Shown here piece by piece: positions 16,828 to 25,538 of a DNA stretch of 64,000 nucleotides. Numbering within the stretch: position 1 is the first letter of the stretch; the number at the start of each line of letters is the position of its first letter. The stretch comes from Akkermansia muciniphila (GTDB lineage Bacteria > Verrucomicrobiota > Verrucomicrobiia > Limisphaerales > SIAT01). The stretch is from positions 5,296 to 69,295 of the forward strand of contig CAMDJP010000008.1 of the NCBI GenBank assembly GCA_945900775.1, in the 5' to 3' direction. The notes beneath the pieces were generated by a model. It worked only from the letters and a program-made list of their open reading frames with translations. It searched no databases and had not been told where the DNA came from. The translations under genes were made by a program, and so were the position numbers.

Positions 16828-16858
16828 CACCTTAACCACCAGCCAACGAAATAGAAAT

Positions 16859-17950
16859 ATGTCTCAGGAATCCAAAAGCAACTCAGGAGTGAAAGATGCC
16901 GCTTGGCAGCCAGAACTCAGCGACGTCGAAGCGGTCAAAAAACTGAAGCAGGCCCGAGAGAGCATCACCTTGGAGTTGCGGAAAGCGATTGTCGGGATGG
17001 ACCAGGTCATTGACGAGCTCCTTATCGCAATCTTTTCCCGCGGTCATGCTTTGCTCGAAGGTGTGCCTGGATTGGCCAAGACGTTGCTGGTGAGTTCCAT
17101 CGCCAAGACGCTTTCGCTCACCTTCAAGCGCATCCAATTCACTCCCGACCTCATGCCGTCCGACATCACGGGCAGCGAGTTGCTGCAGGACGACCCGGTC
17201 ACCGGTGCCCGCCGTTTCATGTTCAGCAAGGGACCGATCTTCGCGAACATCGTGCTGGCCGACGAAATCAACCGAACCCCGCCCAAGACGCAGGCCGCAC
17301 TGCTGGAGGCCATGCAGGAGAAGATAGTTTCCGCGGGCGGCGAAGACTTTGAACTCGATCTGCCATTCTTCGTGCTCGCCACGCAGAACCCTCTCGAACA
17401 GGAGGGCACCTACGCACTTCCTGAGGCGCAGCTTGACCGCTTCATGTTCAAGATCCATGTCGGCTATCCGAGCCGCAAGGAGGAGATCAGCATCATGCGC
17501 AGTGTAACCGGCGGCAAGCGTTCGCCGCTCTCCCAGGTGCTCAGCAAAGCGGACATCCTCGCACTCCAGGATCTGGTTTCTCGCGTGCCGGTGGCCGATC
17601 ACATCTTCGAGTACGTGGCCACCTTGGTGCGGGCGACCCGCCCGTCGGAGGAGCAGTCCCCGGGGTTCATCAGGGACTTCGTCTCGTGGGGCTGCGGGCC
17701 GCGTGCCTGCCTGAATCTGATTACCGGTGCGAAAGCGCGCGCCATCCTGCACGGCCGTTTCAACGTGTCGGTGGAGGACGTCCAGGCTCTCGCTGTCCCT
17801 GTCCTGCGTCACCGCATGGGGCTCAACTTCGCCGCCCAGTCCGAAGGGGTGGATGCCGAGCACGTGGCTAACCGCCTGCTTAAGGAAATCCCCAGCGACG
17901 AATCGCTCTACAAGTGGAACCCGAACACTCCGGCAGCGGTTCGCGCCTGA
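16859..17950 (+). CDS. moxR: MoxR-family AAA+ ATPase
   Basis: 363 aa. Walker A-like LLEGVPGLAKT, Walker B VLADEINR, then FFVLATQNPLEQEGTYALPEAQLDRF, the hallmark MoxR/AAA_3 stretch. Confidence 0.93.
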   Translation: MSQESKSNSGVKDAAWQPELSDVEAVKKLKQARESITLELRKAIVGMDQVIDELLIAIFSRGHALLEGVPGLAKTLLVSSIAKTLSLTFKRIQFTPDLMPSDITGSELLQDDPVTGARRFMFSKGPIFANIVLADEINRTPPKTQAALLEAMQEKIVSAGGEDFELDLPFFVLATQNPLEQEGTYALPEAQLDRFMFKIHVGYPSRKEEISIMRSVTGGKRSPLSQVLSKADILALQDLVSRVPVADHIFEYVATLVRATRPSEEQSPGFIRDFVSWGCGPRACLNLITGAKARAILHGRFNVSVEDVQALAVPVLRHRMGLNFAAQSEGVDAEHVANRLLKEIPSDESLYKWNPNTPAAVRA

Positions 17951-18085
17951 GTGAAACCGAGTAATTCGCATGACAGCGTGGTGTTGACGCTACCGTTCTA
18001 CACCAAGCCCAGCGGACACTTTGCGTTCCGCGGCACATCGTCTGTCTCCGAATCCGCTCCGCTGCGATGCCTGACTCATTGAATC

Positions 18086-19057
18086 ATGGATTCTAAAACC
18101 GCTCCAGCCTCCGCCACTTCCGGCTCTTCGCGGACCGTTGTGGACCCGTCTAACCCACGGTCCAAGGCCCAGTACCTCGATCCGGCGATTCTCAGCCGCA
18201 TCGGTTCGCTCGAAGTGGTGGCTCGACAGGTGGTCGAGGGTTTTCGCATCGGCCATCACAAGAGCCCGGCGCGCGGTGTGAGCAGTGAATTCAACGCCTA
18301 TCGCCAGTACACGCAGGGCGACGAAACGCGCCACATTGACTGGAAGGCTTACGCGCGCTCCGACCGCTATTACGTAAAGCTCTTCGACGCGGAGACGAAC
18401 TTCGTCTGCAACTCCCTTATCGATGCCAGCAAGTCGATGACTTACTCGTCCGGGAAAATCTCGAAGATCGAGTATGCCAAGTATCTGGCTGCCAGCCTGT
18501 CGTATCTGGTGGTGGATCAGGGCGACTCCGCCGGGATGGCGATCTTCGACGGCAAGCTGCAGAAATACATCGAGCCGAAGGGCAGCAAGCGGGTGCTGCA
18601 GGACATGTCGAACGAGTTGGAGAAGGTCGTGCCGCAACCGCGCACGAACGTGGGAGCGATCCTCCACGACTTCGCCCACCGCATGAAGCGGCGCGGATTC
18701 GTGATGATCTTCTCGGACCTGTTCGACAACACCGACGAATTCATCGCCGGCCTCAACCATCTTCGCTTCGGCGGGCACAACGTGGTGCTTTTCCACATCC
18801 TCGATCCCTACGAGATCGAGTTCCCGCTCGCCGGCATGTGGAAATTCCTCGGACTTGAGGGTGAGGGCGAGGTCATCACCCAGCCGTCCCGCGTCCGCGC
18901 CAACTACCTCAAGGAACTCGAAGAGTTCGTCGGCAAAATCCGCAAGGCCTGCGGCAAGGCGCAGGTGGATTACGTGCTGGTCAACACGGCTCAGCCCGTC
19001 GAGCAGACCATCTCCAGCTATCTCCTCCAGCGCACCGCGCTGGCGAACGCCCGCTGA
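18086..19057 (+). CDS. DUF58 protein (vWA-like MoxR partner)
   Basis: 323 aa. The DUF58 signature reads EFNAYRQYTQGDETRHIDWKAYARSDRYYVKLF, followed by a vWA-like LIDASKSMTY. This is the position and size typical for the gene following moxR. Confidence 0.9.
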   Translation: MDSKTAPASATSGSSRTVVDPSNPRSKAQYLDPAILSRIGSLEVVARQVVEGFRIGHHKSPARGVSSEFNAYRQYTQGDETRHIDWKAYARSDRYYVKLFDAETNFVCNSLIDASKSMTYSSGKISKIEYAKYLAASLSYLVVDQGDSAGMAIFDGKLQKYIEPKGSKRVLQDMSNELEKVVPQPRTNVGAILHDFAHRMKRRGFVMIFSDLFDNTDEFIAGLNHLRFGGHNVVLFHILDPYEIEFPLAGMWKFLGLEGEGEVITQPSRVRANYLKELEEFVGKIRKACGKAQVDYVLVNTAQPVEQTISSYLLQRTALANAR

Positions 19058-20919
19058 TGATTTTCCGCCCGAACAAACCGGCTCTCGCCCTGGCTCTCGC
19101 CGCTCTCGCGTTGGGACTGCCGGTGCGGGCTGCGGACGAGGTGAGTTCGGCCAATCATCCGGTCTTGAAGCGCGCCCTCGCGGAGCATCCCACGGCGGAC
19201 GCCGATGCCAATGGCACCCTCTCGCTGGCGGAATACGGCATCTTGCAAAAGAAGCCGCTGGTGCAGCCGCCCGCCGAGAAAGACAAGCCGCCGGTCGCAC
19301 CCTTGCTGCCTCTCCTGCCCGTCCTGTCGAACGGCGAAGTGGTCGTGTCCGAGTTTGAAGAACCCAACTCGTACAAAGCGGCGGGCTGGATCAACGAAGG
19401 CACCGCCTTTCAGGGCGACCTCGCCCAAGGCACCCGCCTGATGAGACGCCGGGTCGGGCCTTTTCATGGAGCGGTTTTTCTTACCACTCACGGCAAATCC
19501 GAGTCTGAGATTGGTCGCCTTGTCTCGCCCCCTTTCCGGCTCGAACTCGATTTTATCGTCGTCACCATGAGCGGCGGCAGGATTCCCCAGCGGGTCGGCG
19601 TGAACCTGTGGATCGGCGACGAGATAGTCCGCAGCGCCACGGGAAACAACGACGACAACTTCGAAACGGTCGCCCTGGACGTGCGCGAATTTCGCGGGCG
19701 CATGGCCCGAGTGGAACTCCTCGACCAGCACCGCGGCATCTGGGGGCACCTCAACGTGGATCGCATTGTCCTCACCACCAACTCCGGCGAGGCCCGCCGC
19801 ATCGACTCGCGCCCGCCTCCTCCGGCGACGCTCCCCGGACTTGCCCTCACCACGACCGGGCGACAGGCCGGCCCTCTCGCGGTCACTGGCGGGCAACTCA
19901 CCTCAGCCAAGACGCCGCTCGTGGCCGGGACCATTCTGCTGGCTCTCAACGCGCAGGAATCCTCGGCTGAGCCGGCACCCAACACCCCGCCACCCAGCGC
20001 CGTGCAGTTGATCAGCGGAGAAATCTGGCATGCACAGATTGTGGGCTTGGAGGGAAAAGCCCTGCTCATCAATAGCCCGCTCATCGGCCCGCGCAAGCTG
20101 CCCTTCGAAAGTCTCGCCAGCATCGAATTTCAATACGCCGATCCCTACGCTCCGCGCGAACCCGGCCATCTCTACCGCACCGGCGCCGAACCGATTCCCG
20201 GCACGCTAGTCTGGGTGCGCGACAAAGACATCGCCGTGAACTGCCCGCTTGGCGTGATTCCCGTGGACCGCCTGGCTGTCGAACGTTACGTCCTCGCCAC
20301 GCCCAAACCGGCGGAACCCTCTGGCGCGGATGTTGTCGGGCTTGTGGGTGGCGGACTGCTGCGGGGAAAGACGGCCTTTGCCGGAAACCAGATCGTTGTG
20401 ACCCACGCCATTCTCGGCGAACTGAAACTGGACTGGCAAACTGTCGCCTACCTGCGCCGCGCCGCACCCGGTGTGGACTGGCTGGAGGACCTAGCGATGA
20501 CGGTGGAGGAACGCCCCGCGCTCTCCTTGCCGCCACCGATGCCGCAATGGATCGAGGGCGACGTTGACAGCCACCTGCGCGCGCTCCGCATCATGCCAGA
20601 GAGCGTGGTCCGCTTTGCCCTGAAAACCAAAGCCGGAGGCAAAGGCCGGGTGCGTGCGGAAATCACCACCGTGCGGGGCTGCCGGGCCGCGATGAAAGTC
20701 ACCATTCTAGCGGGCGATACCGCCATCTGGAACCAGACCATCCCCGCGGGTGGCGCGCCGGTTCCGCTTTCCCTCGAACTCTCCGCCGCCACGCAACTCA
20801 CCATCAAGGTAGAGTTCGCCGGTCCTCTCTCTTTTCCCAGCGGAATCGAACTGCGCGATCCGTTGGTGATGAACCTCACGCAACTCGCAACCCAGACGCA
20901 ACCCACCCAACCGGACTGA
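19057..20919 (+). CDS. Secreted protein with canonical EF-hand loop, lectin/jelly-roll-like module and beta-rich C-terminal region
   Basis: 620 aa with signal peptide MIFRPNKPALALALAALALGLPVRA. The 12-residue loop DADANGTLSLAE (19198-19233) fits the EF-hand consensus. The segment ...GWINEGTAFQGD...LDFIVVTMSGG...VNLWIGDEIVRSATGNNDDNFETVALDVREFRGRMARVELLDQHRGIWGHLNVDRIVL looks like a concanavalin/LamG-type module. The start overlaps the DUF58 stop by 1 nt (TGATG). Confidence 0.7.
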   Translation: MIFRPNKPALALALAALALGLPVRAADEVSSANHPVLKRALAEHPTADADANGTLSLAEYGILQKKPLVQPPAEKDKPPVAPLLPLLPVLSNGEVVVSEFEEPNSYKAAGWINEGTAFQGDLAQGTRLMRRRVGPFHGAVFLTTHGKSESEIGRLVSPPFRLELDFIVVTMSGGRIPQRVGVNLWIGDEIVRSATGNNDDNFETVALDVREFRGRMARVELLDQHRGIWGHLNVDRIVLTTNSGEARRIDSRPPPPATLPGLALTTTGRQAGPLAVTGGQLTSAKTPLVAGTILLALNAQESSAEPAPNTPPPSAVQLISGEIWHAQIVGLEGKALLINSPLIGPRKLPFESLASIEFQYADPYAPREPGHLYRTGAEPIPGTLVWVRDKDIAVNCPLGVIPVDRLAVERYVLATPKPAEPSGADVVGLVGGGLLRGKTAFAGNQIVVTHAILGELKLDWQTVAYLRRAAPGVDWLEDLAMTVEERPALSLPPPMPQWIEGDVDSHLRALRIMPESVVRFALKTKAGGKGRVRAEITTVRGCRAAMKVTILAGDTAIWNQTIPAGGAPVPLSLELSAATQLTIKVEFAGPLSFPSGIELRDPLVMNLTQLATQTQPTQPD

Positions 20920-20923
20920 ACTG

Positions 20924-23131
20924 ATGGGCTCACTGAATTCATTTGCCCTTTGGGGCGCACTTGGCCTGGCCGGAGTCGCCGTCCCAATCATCATCCACCT
21001 GCTTTATCGGAAGCACCGCAAGGAAACCGACTGGGCCGCCATGGAGCTGCTGCGTCGCGCGCTGGTCATTCGTTCCGGGCAGGTGAAGCTCGAGGATTAC
21101 CTGATTCTCTTTCTACGCTGCCTCGCGCTCGCCCTTCTGGCGTTCGCTCTCCTGCGGCCCATCATGAATGCGGCGGCGGACAGTTTGCTTGGTGAAAAGA
21201 AGGTCGGGATGATCATCGGCATCGACGCCTCGCTCAGCATGGGGCACGGCGAGAACTCGCGGTTCGAGCGTGCCCTCGAAAAGGCCGGCCAGATCGTCAA
21301 GACCGCGCGGGAAGGCAATCCCATCACCATCGTCCTGATGAGCGACCGTCCCAAGGTGCTGGTGCGCGGCGCAGGCTACGTCCCCGCGCAGGTCGCGGAA
21401 CTTCTCAAGTCCAAGGCCGCCGTCACACCCTACGGCCTCGGCCTCGAACGCAATCTCGAACTGCTCAACGAACTGGTCGGGGAAATTAAAACGCCCGGCA
21501 AGGAAGTCTTTCTCGTGAGCGACTCGCAGGAACTCGATTGGATGAATCTTTCCTCAACCGCCCGCGCCTCCTTCGAGCGGCTCACCAAGAGCGCCAGCGT
21601 GTATGCGATTCCGAGCGGCTTGGACGGCGAGGAAAACTTCACTCTGGAACGCCTCTCCTATTCGTCCGGATCACTGCGCCAAGCGGGCGTCGCGCGTTTT
21701 ACGGCCGAGGTGCGCAATACCGGGCGCCGCGCGGCCGATGCCGGTTCGGTGGAGTTCTTTGTCGGCAACGAACTCAGCAAACGCCTCGCCGTCGGATCGC
21801 TGCAACCCGGCGAGGTCCGTGGCCTTTCCTTCTTCGCGACGTTCGACAAACCCGGTGACATCTCACTCAAGGCCCAGCTCACCTCAGACGATCTCGCGGC
21901 CGACAACGTCCGGCACGCCGTCGCCCGCATCAGTTCGGGCGTTCGCGTTCTCTGCGTCGAGGGCGCCTCGAGTGGCCTGAACAAGGCCGACCGCACCGGC
22001 GGCTACTACGCCGTCCGCGCTCTGCGCCTCAAAGGCCGTGGGGACGACAGCCCGATTAAGGTCAACCAAATCGAAGCTCCTGATCTCGCCATCGAACAGC
22101 TTGGTGACTACGACGTGATCGTGCTCGCCAACGTCCCCGATCCTTCTGCGGAAACGGTGGGTCGCCTCCGGAAATTCGTGCAGCGCGGCGGTGGCCTGAT
22201 CGTCTTTGCCGGCGACCGCGTAGATGCTGATCAATACAACGATCGCTTCGGCAAGGGTGCCGACGCACTACTGCCGGCCACCATCGGCAAAGTCGCGAGC
22301 TACAGCGGCGAAGCGACCGGCTGGGGCATCGGGCCTGTAAAATCTGATCACCTCTTGGGCGGAGTGGTCTCTCGTCTGCCCCAGAAGCTGCTAGACAGCG
22401 CGCGCTTCACCAAGCTCATCGCCGTCGAACCGGTGTCGGGCAGCGAAACGATTCTCTCGGTTGCGGAGACCAATGCCCCCCTCCTACTAGCTCGCGACTT
22501 CGGCTCGGGAACGGTGCTCCTTTTCACCACCTCTGCGGACCGAACCTGGAGCGAACTTCCAGTCCACCCGCTTTACACCATGCTCTTGCAGCAGGCCGTC
22601 ACCCAGCTGACCAGCCGGCCTGACGCCGCGCAGTTCATCGTGGGCGGAGACGCCCCGCTTCCCGTGGTCGGCCGTCAATTGGGCGAAAACGTCGCGTTGA
22701 CCAAGCCCGGCGGCGAAGCCTCCACCATTCGCGTCACGCAGAACCGCGACCAACCGGTGGCGGCGGTCGAGTTCAATCAACCCGGCATCTACCAGATCGC
22801 GGCGGATGGGCAAAAGCCCGGCGTGGTGGTGGCTGCCAACGTGGACGCGCGGGAATCCGACGTGAAGGTACTCGGCGCCGGCGCTCTCGAGAATCTCCTC
22901 GGCTCAATCGGCGTCACCGTGCTCGGCAAGGACGGCGACCTCGCAGCCATCATCGAGAAGAACCGGCGCGGCAGCGAAATCACGCAACTCCTGCTCTGGC
23001 TCGCCATCGGAGTCTTCCTCCTCCAAAGCATTCTGGCCCGATACTTCACCAACAAAATCTCGCGCGACGAGGTCCCGGACCTCAGCGCCGCCCTGCAAAG
23101 CAGCAGGGTCGCCGCGGCTCGACGGTCCTGA
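20924..23131 (+). CDS. BatA_N (aerotolerance-regulator N-terminal) membrane protein with vWA-like and GATase1-like domains
   Basis: 735 aa. The N-terminus FALWGALGLAGVAVPIIIHLLYRK matches the BatA_N pattern. MIDAS-like IIGIDASLSMG is present. A ThuA/GATase1-like segment reads VRVLCVEG...YDVIVLANVP...GGGLIVFAGD. There is a C-terminal TM helix. Confidence 0.85.
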   Translation: MGSLNSFALWGALGLAGVAVPIIIHLLYRKHRKETDWAAMELLRRALVIRSGQVKLEDYLILFLRCLALALLAFALLRPIMNAAADSLLGEKKVGMIIGIDASLSMGHGENSRFERALEKAGQIVKTAREGNPITIVLMSDRPKVLVRGAGYVPAQVAELLKSKAAVTPYGLGLERNLELLNELVGEIKTPGKEVFLVSDSQELDWMNLSSTARASFERLTKSASVYAIPSGLDGEENFTLERLSYSSGSLRQAGVARFTAEVRNTGRRAADAGSVEFFVGNELSKRLAVGSLQPGEVRGLSFFATFDKPGDISLKAQLTSDDLAADNVRHAVARISSGVRVLCVEGASSGLNKADRTGGYYAVRALRLKGRGDDSPIKVNQIEAPDLAIEQLGDYDVIVLANVPDPSAETVGRLRKFVQRGGGLIVFAGDRVDADQYNDRFGKGADALLPATIGKVASYSGEATGWGIGPVKSDHLLGGVVSRLPQKLLDSARFTKLIAVEPVSGSETILSVAETNAPLLLARDFGSGTVLLFTTSADRTWSELPVHPLYTMLLQQAVTQLTSRPDAAQFIVGGDAPLPVVGRQLGENVALTKPGGEASTIRVTQNRDQPVAAVEFNQPGIYQIAADGQKPGVVVAANVDARESDVKVLGAGALENLLGSIGVTVLGKDGDLAAIIEKNRRGSEITQLLLWLAIGVFLLQSILARYFTNKISRDEVPDLSAALQSSRVAAARRS

Positions 23132-23150
23132 GTCACAACCACCGAATTCC

Positions 23151-25529
23151 ATGCTCAAGAAATTACTGGCTCTTGATCCCTCGCAGGAGGTTGATCGAAT
23201 TGATATCGCCTTCCGCGGTGGACTCCTCTTAGCCCTAACGCTGATCGTGGTTGCCACCGTCTTCGCGATTTACCTTTACCGCTCCGAACGGCACCTGACT
23301 AAAGGCCGCCGCATGGTGATGATGGTCTGCCAGGTCGCGGCCCTCATCGGTCTCATCATCATTCTCCTCCAGCCTTACGCGCTGATCCGCATGACCAAGG
23401 AATTTCAGCGGACGTTCGTGGTGTTGCTGGATAGCTCGCGCAGCATGGCTTTCAAAGATCCGCGCAGCACCCCGGCGCACTTCGAGGAAGCGGCCAAGGC
23501 CCTCAATAAGGTGCCGCTCGGCGAGGCCATAACGAAGGAAAAGGCCGACAGCCTTCTACAAAGCCTGAGTGGCAGCAACCGGATGGACCTGGCCCGGGGT
23601 GTCCTGAGTCATCCCGAGATGAAGCTCGTCGAGCAGCTTCGCAAGAATTTCGACGTGCGCTTCTTCAGCTTCGACAGCCAGGTGCGCCCCGAGGAAGGCC
23701 CCGACGCCCAAGCCGCGGACAAATCCATCCTCAAGCGCGCGGCCGACGGCAATTCCTCACAGCTCGGTACGGCGATGGAGGATGCGCTGGGCCGTTTCTC
23801 CGGCCAGCCCGTGGCCGGTGCGATGGTGCTCAGCGATTTCGGATGGATGGAGGGCAAGGATCCCCTCCGCGTGGCCCGCGAACTCAAAGCGCGCGCCATC
23901 CCGGTTTATACAGTGCCCATCGGCCTGCCCGCGCCGCCGGACATCAAGCTCAGCGGAGTCGTGGCTCCGGAAGTGGTCTTCAAGGGCGACCGAGTGCCGC
24001 TGCGCGTGAAGGTCGAGTCCCGCGGCTACGAGGGGCGCACCGTGGATTTGCAAATGACGGTCGATGGCGAGCAAGGCGCCGTGCAGCAGGTCCAGCTCAA
24101 GGGCGGCGTGCAGTATGAGGAGATGACCTTCATCCCGCAGCGCGAGTCGGGCAGCATCGTTCTGAAATTCCAGATCGCCGCCGTGGCCGGTGAAGCCACT
24201 GAACTGAACAACAACGCCAGTCACGAAGTGCGCATCCTCAATGAGAAGATCAAGGTGCTCTACGTCGAGGGCCTGCCGCGCTGGGAATTCCGCTACCTGC
24301 GCTGGGTGCTGCTGCGCGACCCACGGCTCGACGTGAAGTTTCTCATGACACAGGGCGACCCCGCCCTCGCCGGCTCCTCCCCGCGTCACCTCGCGCGGTT
24401 CCCGCAAGATCCGGCGGAAGCCCTCAAATACGACCTCATCATTCTTGGCGACGTGCCCGCCTCCACTTTCAACTCCGCTCAGACCGAGCTGATCCAGAAG
24501 CTCGTCAAGGAGCGCGGCGGATCGCTGCTCATGATCGCCGGCCCCATGGCCGCGCCGGCCACCTATCGCGGAACTCCGATCGGCGAAATTCTGCCGGTCA
24601 ACATCGGCAGCAGCGGTTTTCACAGCGTCTCTCCCACCGACTCGCCGGAAGTGACGACCGCCGGGCGCGAGAGCCTCGCCACTTCGCTCGCCGTCTCCCC
24701 GGAGGTCAGCGCGCGTGTTTGGTCCAATATCAAGCCCATGTATACCTTGCCTCAGCTCGAAGGAGCGAAGGCCGGCGCCACCGTCCTGCTCCGCCTCCCG
24801 AAAGCGAGCGAGGCAATGCAGGACTATCCGCTCGTGGCCTGGCACCGCTACGGCAACGGCAAGGCGATGTTTGTCGCCACCGAAGATCTATGGCGCATGA
24901 GGTTGGAAGTGGGCGACCGCTATCACGCCCGATTCTGGGGCCAGACCATCCAGTTCCTCACCCTCTCGAGGTTGCTCGGGCTGAACAAACAAATTGCCAT
25001 CGAAACCGACCGCGGTTCCTACAGCTCCGGCGAGCAGGTTCGCATCTTTGCGAATGTCCTGACCCAATCCTTCGAACCCGTGACGCAACCGTCCTACGAA
25101 GTGACTTTGGAGACCAAGGGTGAGACGGACACCGCCACCACTATCGAGCTGAGCCCCGTTCCCGGAACGCCCGGCCTTTTTTCTGGCACCCACTTGGCGG
25201 GCAAGGATGGCAGCTACCTGATTCGCACGCGCCCGGCCGACGCCGAAATCTCGAACGAGAGCGGTTTCAAGATCGCCACCGTGGCCATCGAGGACCGCGA
25301 AACTGCGATGCAACCGGAAGTGGCGCGGCAGATCGCGGAGCTTTCCGGCGGCCGGCAGTTGGCCCTTGCCAGCCTAGGCACATTCCCGGCCAGCCTAGGC
25401 GAAGAAAAGAAACTCACCAACGTGGTTCGTCTCGAGAAAGATCTCTGGGACGCGCCCATCTGGTTCCTCATCGTGGTTGCTTTTGCCGGTTTGGAATGGT
25501 ATCTCAGACGTAAGCACAATCTCGTATAA
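23151..25529 (+). CDS. Membrane protein with vWA-like and GATase1-like domains (Bat operon type)
   Basis: 792 aa with two N-terminal TM helices. Motifs include VVLLDSSRSMAF (DxSxS), KVLYVEGLPRWEFRYLRWVL...YDLIILGDVP...GGSLLMIAG, and a C-terminal TM (IWFLIVVAFAGLEWYL). Confidence 0.8.
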   Translation: MLKKLLALDPSQEVDRIDIAFRGGLLLALTLIVVATVFAIYLYRSERHLTKGRRMVMMVCQVAALIGLIIILLQPYALIRMTKEFQRTFVVLLDSSRSMAFKDPRSTPAHFEEAAKALNKVPLGEAITKEKADSLLQSLSGSNRMDLARGVLSHPEMKLVEQLRKNFDVRFFSFDSQVRPEEGPDAQAADKSILKRAADGNSSQLGTAMEDALGRFSGQPVAGAMVLSDFGWMEGKDPLRVARELKARAIPVYTVPIGLPAPPDIKLSGVVAPEVVFKGDRVPLRVKVESRGYEGRTVDLQMTVDGEQGAVQQVQLKGGVQYEEMTFIPQRESGSIVLKFQIAAVAGEATELNNNASHEVRILNEKIKVLYVEGLPRWEFRYLRWVLLRDPRLDVKFLMTQGDPALAGSSPRHLARFPQDPAEALKYDLIILGDVPASTFNSAQTELIQKLVKERGGSLLMIAGPMAAPATYRGTPIGEILPVNIGSSGFHSVSPTDSPEVTTAGRESLATSLAVSPEVSARVWSNIKPMYTLPQLEGAKAGATVLLRLPKASEAMQDYPLVAWHRYGNGKAMFVATEDLWRMRLEVGDRYHARFWGQTIQFLTLSRLLGLNKQIAIETDRGSYSSGEQVRIFANVLTQSFEPVTQPSYEVTLETKGETDTATTIELSPVPGTPGLFSGTHLAGKDGSYLIRTRPADAEISNESGFKIATVAIEDRETAMQPEVARQIAELSGGRQLALASLGTFPASLGEEKKLTNVVRLEKDLWDAPIWFLIVVAFAGLEWYLRRKHNLV

Positions 25530-25538
25530 CACTGACTG

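Noticed and set aside
16883-17971. A 362-aa ORF antisense to the whole moxR gene.
   Set aside because: Typical GC-rich shadow ORF. It is Arg/Gly/Ala/His-rich low-information sequence with no motifs, and it exactly mirrors a gene with unmistakable MoxR motifs on the other strand.
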